Positions 51,655-63,165 of a stretch of DNA of 64,000 nucleotides are shown in pieces. Source of the stretch: Mytilus edulis (lineage: Eukaryota); contig NC_092350.1 in the NCBI RefSeq assembly GCF_963676685.1, positions 62,062,001 through 62,126,000 of the forward strand, read 5' to 3'. Each line of letters starts with the position of its first letter. The first letter of the stretch is position 1. Made by a program: the position numbers and the translations under genes. A model generated the notes under the pieces. That model made no database searches. It worked only from the letters and a program-made list of their open reading frames with translations, and was not told the origin of the DNA.

Positions 51655-54600
51655 CTGCAAATACGTTTAAAAAAATAATAAAACAAAGGCAAAGTTATAT
51701 ACATTTCAAATGCAACAGGAATCACTAAAACTTTTACAATTTTCAATAAAAAAAAAAGAATGCAAAGAAGCACTTTCAGCTTCAGTTGTAAAAGGAAGAT
51801 TTTTTTTAATATATGCAATCATTTAAATATATATGTTTTTTCCTGATTAACAGGACACAATCAACTAGTTGACGCTTCCAATCTCGTTCTTATTTAGTAA
51901 ATTTGAAACTATCAGTGTTGATTTTGTGCTTTGACTTGTGTGCTCTAAATGAATGTATGCGATTTCAGCATTAGTAAACGTTTCGTGTTTCTATTTCACA
52001 GAATTTATTCGGATACTATTTATTTTTACAATTATTTCTGTATCTATTTTCCGAACTTGGTAAAACATAATCGATATGAAGTAAAACAATGCTTTAGTAT
52101 TATCCAATTATACGATAATTATCCGAAATTGGGCAAAATATAGAAATCAAAATGTAACACTAAAATATAAATCTGACCGCAATATATAAAGACATAACAG
52201 AAAATAAAACAAACACAGAGCTTTGATTGGAATAGAGATTTGTTTTTACGTTAAGAGACCGTATCACAAGAGATTTATGAAGATAAGTTAATAAAGGAAT
52301 TAAGAACTATTTCATAATGATTTGATCGATTGATTGATTTTTGTTTGCTTTGATTTGGTGAAATGGAGGCAATCAACAGTGGAAACTTCCGAGGTAATGT
52401 AACATTGGATCGTCACTTTTCTTCATTTCTAAAAAGTTTTCAATACCAATAAATGATTCAATTCTGTAAATTTTAAAGTGTTTATATCCCAGTGGATTTT
52501 CATTCATTCTGGAAAGGAATTTATTTTATACATTTAGAAAAATATTGCTAATAAATTCAATAACACTTTTTTCAGTTTCACCGTGATATTATGAAAAAAA
52601 GAATATTTACTGAGGTTTCACACTATCATTATCATGTTATTCTTACAACCTTTTCTTAAAATGTCTTTTCACGATTCAGTCTTATTACCTGTTTTATATA
52701 CTGATATTCTCCATCCTCCCCCACATATCTGTTCAGAATCGACAAGACACTCACAATCACAATCATAACCCGGTTTTTTGAAATAATCGGGTACATTTTC
52801 AGGGCCGTACCAATAAGGGTCATCACCACACCAACATTCCATACAATTCTAAAATAATTAAATCTGTATTGTAGATTCAGGTCAACAGTATGGATGTCTA
52901 AATCTAATAATAGCGCTTATGATAACGACGATTGGGACTGTTAACTTAATGTGGATTTATGTTAATGACAACTGTAAACCTAATGTATTGGGCTCTTTGT
53001 TTAAGAGCCTAGGTGGTCTAGTGGTCTAGCGCGTCGGACATAGTGCAATGCGATTTGGTGTCACGATGTCTCAGTAGCATGACTTCAAATCCTGGCGAGG
53101 GAAGTTCTTGCCTGGCCGGGATTCGAACTCATGCTACTGAAATACAATGGCACCAAATCGCATTGCACTATGCCTGACGCGCTAGACAACCGGACCACCT
53201 AGACTCTTAAATAATAAAGATTTAGGTAGCTGAATGTTACCTTTCCCTGTCAGTTTTTATTTAACGTCGTACATGATGTATAAGGCATGGAGATGGACTT
53301 CTTACAGATCAGCTGAATTATCTATCGTAGAGAATTTTACAAACTTATGTAGGATACAGTCACAGAAAAAAAAATCTTATTCTAAGTACGTCTCAACCAG
53401 TGACAACTCTACAACAGATTTTTTCCATCAGATCAACATTGATGGTGATACAAGGCTGAAACACACATTCTGTATATATAATTCGTCTAAATATTAGCGC
53501 AACAATGTTAAATCTGTATTTTTTTTGTTCTTCCTTGACCAGGATTCGAACTCATGTTACTGATATATCGTGGTACCAAATCGTTGCACTATGCCCGACG
53601 CGCTAGATCACCTAGGCTCTACAATGATAAATTTTTAGATGGCCGGGTGTAACCTTTCCTCGTCAGTTTTTTTTTTACCTAGCTTCGTACAGTACATTAT
53701 TGTCTTTGGAGGATAAAGTGTTTAATATATCCTTGGATTATTACAACAATACCTGCGTTCCGGAGTACATGAAACCCTGTTCTTTACAGTGAAGCAAACA
53801 CATGTTGTTTTCCATATCTGGTGGATGACTTCCGTTATTCAACAAATATTTATAAGGAAACAGTCTTGTGTATGTATCAATGAAACATCCAACGTAATCA
53901 TTGCTACCTGTTCAACAGACAATTCAATACCTATTAGAAGTTAACACGGACATATTGGCAAAGACAAAACACAACGTAAGTGTTACATACGTAGTGTAAT
54001 ACTTTTCAAACATGTAATTTACTGTCCATGTAATTGAGAAAGACTCATTTATTTTGAGCAATGCACATTTGAAATCGGCTAAAAGTAACAAAAATGTTAA
54101 CAATATAAGAAGTTGAAGACCCCCATAATTTCTGTATTGTCGTGAATAATATCTTGCCGTTGAAAAAAGACGATGTTGTTTTATGAAATTTGATAAAATC
54201 GAGAGAAAAATAGAAATAAACAGGTATCATATTGGATCAATATATATGAAATATTAAAAAAAAAGAACTTACCAATAACTTGTACCTGACACTAAAAAAT
54301 AAACAGTTACAATACAAAACTTAATACTTTTACAATTACGTTTTTCATCGAATAAACTTGAGAATTAATGTTTAGGAAGCTTAAGACGTGTAAAACAAGA
54401 AAGGAATACATACAAAGCCAAAAACATGCAAAGCCTTATGACGTTATCTTAAATACATTGATGACCAGCCTTATTTTCAGTTCAATAATATGATTCAGTG
54501 ACTTTTATTTCAAGTAAAATGCAATCATACTTATAACAAAAGGAACGGTTAATATCAGGTTGGTATTTTTTCCTTATATGACACTTCTTCAGCCACTGTA

Positions 54601-56222
54601 TCGTCGTCATGGTTTTAATTCATATGAATGGACCTAAACGAACACGCCAAGTCTCTTACTATGTTATTATATTATCATGCTGATATGGATCACAGTCCGT
54701 ACAATTCATGCCAAATAAATACATTAAAACTACTGTGCCGCAAAACAGTCAATGAAGGCTGTTCGAAACGATCAAAACCCCAACATTTTAAGGAGCAGAA
54801 ATTATGAAAAAAAACATTTACTTACTTTAAAGATGTAAGAAATCGATAAAGATTAAACTTCCACATGTTCAACGATAGAAAATAATCTAATATATTGTTA
54901 AACAGTATTTCATTCTTTTTTTGTAACTCTTTGTTTAGAAAGGTAAATTAATATGGAAAGTAATGTTTAGTTGGAAACAAGTTTTGTATTTTTTTTTTAA
55001 ATGATGTTTCTGTATTTAACCGTCAAATTATAATGAGATAAATCACATATATTATACTGTCGTGTAATCAATTAAGTATCATTACATAAACGATACCAAC
55101 TGTTCTGCACCAGATACGCATTCCGACAATCAATGTATATTCAGTGATGCTCGGGACCAGAATATAAATTTTAAAGCTTATTCAAAAGGTGATTGCTACA
55201 ACTCAAAAAAGACATAAAGGTACAGCGAACAAGGAATTAGAGCTTTGCATGGAGATACATTCCTGAATTTAAAATAATTTACAATTTTGGTAACAGCAAT
55301 TTCAAAACACAAAATTCGTATGTTCATGCCAGTATCGAATTCTTGACAATAAGGCTGTTAATACCTTCGGGGACTATTAGTCAACCAGTATAGGCATATA
55401 ACCAGTAGCTATAAGAACATACAACACTTTTGTCATCAGGAAAATTTCTCAAGAATTTTAACGTTTCATAGTAGACATAAATACTATCAAAATAATATAT
55501 TTAGATTGTGTCTATACTGGAGTGTTTGTGCATTTTGTCCCAATGAGTTAAATCAGCAACCTGGTAAACATTGTTTTAGACCAGTTCATTAAACATCAAT
55601 TCTTTTAAGCAGTGTCTACAGCTGTGATATTTCTTAAATATACATGTACTATAGAGGATGTTCACTTGTTTTGTTTTTGACTTATTGATATTCCAAATCC
55701 ACTGATTTTATCTATGTAGTGTCATAAAAAAACGGTTACCCTACTCTACTTTTCATAATGTTATTCAATGTAAATAAAAAATGTCATTGTTTAAAGTCTC
55801 ATGAAATCCTAACTATATTTTCATAGTTTCTGAAATCTAGATACACTTATATAATGCCAAATTCCAAATGACCTTTATTTCAAAAACATGGACACCGATA
55901 TTTGTTAATCTTCATTAAAATACTTTATTTTGTGTTTTTAAACCTAATATTGAACACACTAGGTCTTATAGGATGCAACTATAATATCATAAAAGTTATC
56001 AAAGGTACCAGGATTATAATTTAGTACGCCAGACGCGCATAAATTGTCAATGAGAAATAGATAAATTCTTCAAATATGCAAAATAATTAGCGTTACAGTC
56101 GGTGCTAAGCTCTCAAAACTGAATATAATAATAAGTATACACTAAATAGACTAACATAATATTACTTTCAATGATTCTGCAGAGTAAACACACATCAACA
56201 ACCAAAACAGTTGCATAGCCAT
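51623..56222 (-). CDS. Gene copy 3 (spliced): WSC-only truncated protein, 140 aa, or a young pseudogene
   Basis: Exons 56222-56166, 54291-54273, 53907-53753, 52848-52689, 51654-51623 (TAG); the first four exons are open with intact splice sites. Confidence 0.65.
52689..52848 (-). CDS. Copy 3 WSC exon 2
   Basis: ttttag|NCMECWCGDDPYWYGPENVPDYFKKPGYDCDCECLVDSEQICGGGWRISVYKT-G|gtaata, 160 nt. Confidence 0.85.
53000..53211. repeat. Inverted pair of tRNA-derived (Pol III A/B box) elements
   Basis: tttaagagcctaggtggtctagtggtctagcgcgtc...(B-box-like ttcaaatcc) / ggattcgaac...gacgcgctagacaaccggaccacctagactcttaaa; third copy at about 53525-53695. Confidence 0.75.
53753..53907 (-). CDS. Copy 3 WSC exon 1
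   Basis: gaacag|(G)SNDYVGCFIDTYTRLFPYKYLLNNGSHPPDMENNMCLLHCKEQGFMYSGTQ|gtattg, 155 nt. Confidence 0.85.
54273..54291 (-). CDS. Copy 3 19-nt micro-exon (CQVQVI)
   Basis: tttttag|TGTCAGGTACAAGTTATTG|gtaagt. Confidence 0.8.
55107..55152 (-). ncRNA. Degenerate hammerhead relic in a repeat
   Basis: gcatca-CTGAATA-tacattgattgtc-GGAA-tgcgta-TC-tggtgc; stem I pairing kept, core mutated. Confidence 0.45.
56166..56222 (-). CDS. Copy 3 signal-peptide exon, type A (MAMQLFWLLMCVYSAESLK)
   Basis: ATG...AAA|gtaat; homologous to 18769-18816. Confidence 0.75.
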
Positions 56223-56954
56223 GATACTTTTTACGAATCTAAACGACAGAATGAATGTTAGATTTAAGGAGCTCCTTTTAACAAAAAAACGATAACTTCA
56301 TATCTGATATACTATAGTCTCAAACAATTATAAATTACAGATCTGAAAGCCGAATAATGAATTTTTTTCTTATTTTATCAATGCATACTTACAAAGCTTA
56401 TAAACGGAAAAAGTACTTAACTGCAAGTCATATTAAAAAGACCAATGTCTATATTAATGGTCTTTTTCATAGATAAGTATCTTAAACATACATGTTGAAC
56501 AATAAGTAATACAAGTTTACGTTTCCGATTTCGCACAAAAAAAGACGTCAATTGGAAAAGTTCACTCTTATTGTAAAATTAAAACGTTTGTTCACTTATT
56601 TGAACAAAGAATTGATTAAATACAATGTAAAAGCTTATTTTCATACTTAAGAATTGTCATAAAATTGGAAAGCAAAAGGTGTAAACGATTTTTATCTGAA
56701 AGCAATGCATTTAATAGATAAAATATATATATCAATGAAGTTTCATAGTGTTATCTGTATTTGTCTTAGTGCAGTGTAGCTTTCAATGTTTATCATGGTT
56801 TCATTGATATCTTGTTAGCGTGAACCGATATTTATACATTCCGCAATGTGTTATTTTGCTATAGTATTTTTTTTTGGGGTATTATTGTCTTTTCATTTTT
56901 GCTTGTGTGCTTTGTCAACAGACAGTCTATGTGTTTTTGTTTAACTTTTATAGG

Positions 56955-57600
56955 ACTTACATCAAAGCTTTGACAAAGATGGTCGTTTAAAACATTTTTA
57001 CGACAAAATAGATGATAACAGCTTCAAATTATGAACATTTTAATTTTTATGCAGCACTTACATCAAAGCTTTGACAAATATGGTCTTTTAAAACATTTTT
57101 TTACGACAAAATAGATGATTACAGCTTCGAATTGTGAACCTTTTAATTTTTATGCAGCACTTACATCAATACTTTGACAACGATGATCGGTTAAAATACT
57201 TGTTTACGACAAAATAGATGATTACAGCTTCCAATTGTGAACCCTTTAATTTCTATGCATCAACATTCCATCAGCACCTACATATTGATTATATATCTCG
57301 GAGCGGATACGATGTCCCAGGATTTCCTATGATAATTTCCTTTATAGATGGTTAATATTCAAATGAATCTCTAAAACCAACATCTCCAAGTGGTGAAGTT
57401 GACATCATCTCATTATAAGGTTTATGGACTCAATCGCTAGTTGTGTGACCGTTGTGTAATATCTGTTTCATGTTCATGATGTGGTAACTACAATTCCGTT
57501 CCTTTTCCCAAATGGGACCTAATGAATTATATATATTATCGTGTTTGTACTAAAATAAGCAACACCACGGTTGACAAAGATGTAGCAGGATCTGCTAACC
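56955..57600 (+). mobile_element. Decayed Penelope-like RT fragment with three tandem units of about 100 bp
   Basis: YDK.DDYSF..VN....NIPSAPTY..YIS..IR remnant; units start at about 56955, 57056 and 57159. Confidence 0.6.
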
Positions 57601-59419
57601 CATTTTCTTAATTAAATGGATATTTGAATAGATTTTACTCACATTCCTAGTTTAACATGTATTTAACATGTTTAATTCCGAATCATGAATTTCGTTTTTA
57701 TGAATTGAAATGTTTTATTGTATTCTTGAAAAAAAATGTAGAAAGTGGACTAAATGGCATTCGATAAATGCTGACGATAATTTTGATATTTCTGTTATAT
57801 ATATAAATCGTCGTCATTTTGGATTCCATCAATTTTATGATGAAAGGGCGACAGACTAAACCCAACGATTACGAAATATAAAGACAACAAAAACCCTAGG
57901 ATGAACATGGAAACTGTGAAAAGTTCGTCGATTTACTTGTATAAAGATTTAAAAAAAATTAAAACTAATACCTTAAACGACAGGGGGGTAGGGGTGGGGG
58001 AGGGGGTTGACTTACCCATTTTAATATAACATTCACTGAAATTCAGTACCTAGTTATATAAATATATTATGTATATTTATACCTAATATGATGGACTTGA
58101 TAAATATTTAATTGTGAATAGAAATTGTTGCAGACCAACTTTAAGTTAGTGGTCGTCATTCGTTTATGTGTTACATAATTGTTTTTCGTTCATTTATTGT
58201 ACTTAAATTAAGCTGAGTTTTCTCGTTTGAATTGTTTTACATTGTCATTTAGGGGTATTTTGTAGCTGACTGTGCAGTATGGACTTATTGCATTGTTGAA
58301 GGCCGCACGATGACCTGTAGTTGTTAATGTCTGTAATATTTTGGTCTCTTGTGGAGAGTTGTCTCATTTTCAACCATGGCATCTTCTCTTTTTATTTCTA
58401 ATTCTCTTCAAAGAATATTTCTGAAGCAGGTATCAGATACCATAGATATGAGCCAGTATTTATTATTATAATACACGTTAAAATGCCATGTTTTTATTGG
58501 CTTATACGAGGGTGTTAATTTACTCTATTACATGGCTGAGAGGGTGACAATTTTTTGAATGTTACCTACCCTCTCATCTAGACCAATCAAAAATCGATAA
58601 TTTAAGGGACAATGAATTGAATTTACATCAAGTTATTAGATACAATGCTTAAGTTCTACCTTTTTGCTCAGATTATATTATTTGACTGTTAACATAGAAA
58701 AATAAAACATCTTGCTTCACTTCTGTTGATTTTTCTAATACCCGTAACGTTGTTATATAAGTGACGTCATAGAAAAATACTTTTAGATATAATTCATCTG
58801 TAAAAGACAATAATGATAGGACATTCTGTATAATAAATAAAATAACATATAGCTGAGAGGGTGATAAAGGGATTGGTACCCTTCGAAAAAGCATGTTCGA
58901 ATGTTTTCTCGGGGTAAAAATCTGCTCTATCACCCTGTCAGATATGTGTTATTCATATAATGTATACGTACAGGAAATTAAACGATGTCTGTAGGAAACG
59001 AATTTCAATGTGAATTTGAATGTATCACTTGTTTTCATCAACGGATTTTGTAAATAACAGACCTAAAATTGAACCTGTCCTTGTAAGAACATGTTTTCAC
59101 TGTGTTTTTTTCCTACATGATAGTGGTGTTAACATTTGCACAATATTTTCTTTCGATTTTTTCAGAAAGGATACTTGCTGGGATGTATGTGCGAAAAATG
59201 GCTTTCGTTTAAACATGATGTGTTTAATGTACATACGAAATAAACATCGAAGTCTGTTAGAATCGTTGTGTTTATACCAATAGACATTTGATATGTTCCG
59301 TCCTGTTAGGTGTCGAATTGACAGAAAAATGTAAATTGAAAAGAGACAATTAATATAAAAATAAACATATCCCATATCTTTTTCTATTTATTTCTAAAGG
59401 GGTTAAACAATAAACAAGG

Positions 59420-59730
59420 ACAGACGTAATGTAGTGGTAATGGTATCTGACTACGTACACAGAGGTTCCAGGTTAGATCCCTGTCCCCTGGAGAACATTT
59501 CAAGGAATGATTTTTTGGCTCTCTCTTGACACCACTTGCGCGTATGGTCTTGAGAAACTATGATAGTCCGTTGGAAAGGGGTTAGAACAACCGACCCGTA
59601 ATAAGAGAGAGCAATATCTCTTGCATTTTAAATACACCCCAATAGATTTCGATAAAAAAAAAACAAAAAAAAACAGGCGTATGCCACTACACAAGGCAGC
59701 ACTCGCATCCGAAAGGTGGAAAGGGAAACT
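59420..59730 (+). mobile_element. tRNA-derived SINE
   Basis: A-box-like tgtagtggtaa, B-box-like ggttagatccc, GC-richer body. Confidence 0.5.
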
Positions 59731-59777
59731 TTTTGGAATATTGATCCTCTATACTCTTCAACTTTGTTTTGTTTTGT

Positions 59778-59929
59778 NNNNNNNNNNNNNNNNNNNNNNN
59801 NNNNNNNNNNNNNNNNNNNNNNNNNNNNNNNNNNNNNNNNNNNNNNNNNNNNNNNNNNNNNNNNNNNNNNNNNNNNNNNNNNNNNNNNNNNNNNNNNNNN
59901 NNNNNNNNNNNNNNNNNNNNNNNNNNNNN
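59778..59929. other. Assembly gap
   Basis: Run of N. Confidence 1.
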
Positions 59930-59953
59930 AGCATTTCGTGCGTAAAAATGACC

Positions 59954-62900
59954 ACCAAAGTAGGCACGGGGTTTAACTATGCATTTCCCTGCATACTTAA
60001 ACTGTAACGATATATTTCTCTATGAAAAACTTATTTGTTCATTGAATTACGGTATTATTTTTAAAGGCTTTTACATTATCTTCCACATGCACAAAAAATT
60101 AGCTCAATTGCGTTTATTTTCGCGAAATGCCGACACTTCGAAATTTCAAGACGTATATATGATGACTTATGCGCTTGCTTAAAACATATAACTTAAGAGT
60201 GCACGGTCTTTAATCATATATATCTCATTTAAACTGATTTATATATTGCTTTTTATTTATGAAATAGATAAAGTGTAAAATACCTTAATTTTTGGTTAAA
60301 TTATATAAAGCCAACTTTCTTAGTTAAAAAGATATATTTAATAAACCGATATATACGCCTCGTTAAAAGGGGTTTTTTTTCTAGCAATGAATCTCACGTG
60401 ATTAAATACGTCACATGTAATGTGAAGGACATTTGATATCATGTACAGTCTGTAGAAAATGAAAGTTATATATTTTGAGATTTACACTATATTACGAGTT
60501 TATCAAGGTATGAGAATTCCAAATAGGATTTTATTTGTATTATTTGTTTATTGTCAGTATAATAGATATAATAGATAGGTATTAAATGCATCTAGTTGTT
60601 ATTTTGGGCTAGATGAGCTCTTGACCTACTTTACGTAATAAATAACAATAGCTTATTTAGCGTAGATTTATCACAGACCCTGGCGGATCTAGAAATTTTC
60701 ATAAAGTAGGGGCCCGCTCTAGTTATTCTTTAGTGATTCCAAAGCGGCGGATTCAAAAGGGGTAAGATTTTTTGTTTTCCTATATAATCCCCCTTTTTTT
60801 GTCCTGGTTTAGGAACCCCTTTTTAAAATGACTTGATCCGCCTGTGTTCCCTTTATATTCAACCAATTTTTCAGAAATAGAACCCTGCGCCCCCTTAAAT
60901 CTACCTCTGGGCTCTGGGTTATATCTCCAATTGAGGTCATATTAGAGAAATCAGGTGTACAAACACCAAAGTAGGCACGGGGTTTAAGTATGCATTAATT
61001 TCCCTCTATACATAAACTGTAACGATATATTTTATATATGTATTGCTTTTTATTTATGAAATAGATAAAGTGTAAGATACCTTAATTTTTTGTTTAAATT
61101 AAGTAAAACCAACTTTCTTAGTTTAAAAAGATATATTTAATAAACCGATATACGCCTCGTTAAAAGTTTTTTTTTATAGCAATGAATCTCACGTGATTAA
61201 ATACTTTATTACAATGATTTTTATAATTGTTACAATAATGAAACAATAATGACACAAATCATAAACATGAATTTAACTATTTCTTAGATGTTAATCTACA
61301 ACCAGATCAGAGCCATATACATAAAAAGGCACAACAATATATTTATTAGCTAGATGAGCTGTTGACCTACTTAACGTAATAAATAACAATAGCTTATTTA
61401 GATTTAAATTTATCACAGACCCTGGCGGATCTAGAAATTTTCATAAAGTAGGGGCCCTCTCTAGTCATTCTTCAGTGATTCCACAGTGGCGGATTCAAAA
61501 GCGGTAAGATTTTGTGTTCCCTATATAATCCCCCCTTTTTTGTCCTGGGTTAGGAACCCCGTTTTAAAATGACTTGATCCGCCTGTGTTCCCTTTATATT
61601 CAACCAATTTTTCAGAAATAGAACCCTGCGCCCCCTTAAATCTACCTCTGGGCTCTGGGTTATATCTCCAATTGAGGTCATATTAGAGAAATCAGGTGTA
61701 CAAACACCAAAGTAGGCACGGGGTTTAAGTATGCATTTCCCTCTATACATAAACTGTAACGATATATTTTTATATATATAATGCTTTTTATTTATGAAAT
61801 AGATAAAGTGTAAGATACCTTATTTTTTTGTTTAAATTAAGTAAAACCAACTTTCTTAGTTTAAAAAGATATATTTAATAAACCGATATACGCCTCGTTA
61901 AAAGGTTGTTTTTTTATAGCAATGAATCTCACGTGATTAAATACGTTATTACAATGATTTTTATAATTGTTACAATAATGAAACAATAATGACACAAATC
62001 ATAAACATGTATTTAACTATTTCTTAGATGTTAATCTACAACCAGATCAGAGCCATATACATAAAAAGGCACAACAATATATTTATTAGCTAGATGAGCT
62101 GTTGACCTACTTAACGTAATAAATAACAATAGCTTATTTAGATTTTAATTTATCACAGACCCTGGCGGATCTAGAAATTTTCATAAAGGAGGGGCCCTCT
62201 CTAGTCATTCTTCAGTGATTCCACAGTGGCGGATTCAAAAGCGGTAAGATTTTGTGTTCCCTATATAATCCCCCCTTTTTTGTCCTGGGTTAGGAACCCC
62301 GTTTTAAAATGACTTGATCCGCCTGTGTTCCCTTTATATTCAACCAATTTTTCAGAAATAGAACCCTGCGCCCCCTTAAATCTACCTCTGGGCTCTGGGT
62401 TATATCTCCAATTGAGTTCATATTAGAGAAATCAGGTGTACAAACACCAAAGTAGGCACGGGGTTTAAGTATGCATTTCCCTTTATACATAAACTGTAAC
62501 GATATATTTTTATATACATAATGCTTTTTATTTATGAAATAGATAAAGTGTAAGATACCTTATTTTTTTGTTTAAATTAAGTAAAACCAACTTTCTTAGT
62601 TTAAAAAGATATATTTAATAAACCGATATACGCCTCGTTAAAAGGTTGTTTTTTTTATAGCAATGAATCTCACGTGATTAAATACGTTATTACAATGATT
62701 TTTATAATTGTTACAATAATGAAACAATAATGACACAAATCATAAACATGAATTTAACTATTTCTTAGATGTTAATCTACAACCAGATCAGAGTCATATA
62801 CATAAAAAGGCACAACAATATATTTATTAGCTAGATGAGCTGTTGACCTACTTAACGTAATAAATAACAATATCTTATTTAGATTTAAATTTATCACAGA

Positions 62901-63165
62901 CCCTGGCGGATCTAGAAATTTTCATAAAGTAGGGGCCCTCTTTAGTCATTCTTCAGTGATTCCACAGTGGCGGATTCAAAAGCGGTAAGATTTTGTGTTC
63001 CCTATATAATCCCCCCTTTTGTCCTGGGTTAGGAACCCCTTTTTAAAATGGGTTGATCCGCCTGTGTTCCCTTTATATTCCACCAATTTTTCAGAAATAA
63101 CACCATGCTCCCCCTTAAATCCACCTCTGGGCTTTGGGTTATATCTTCAATTGAGGTTATATTAA
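59954..63165 (+). repeat. Tandem array with 740-bp monomer, about 4 units
   Basis: Marker accaaagtaggcacgg at 59954, 60965, 61706 and 62446; duplicate ORFs 61550 and 62290 are 740 bp apart. Confidence 0.95.

Noticed and set aside
53000-53110. Functional tRNA gene
   Set aside because: Copies are mutually diverged, B box degenerate in one, no clean cloverleaf; treated as a tRNA-derived repeat
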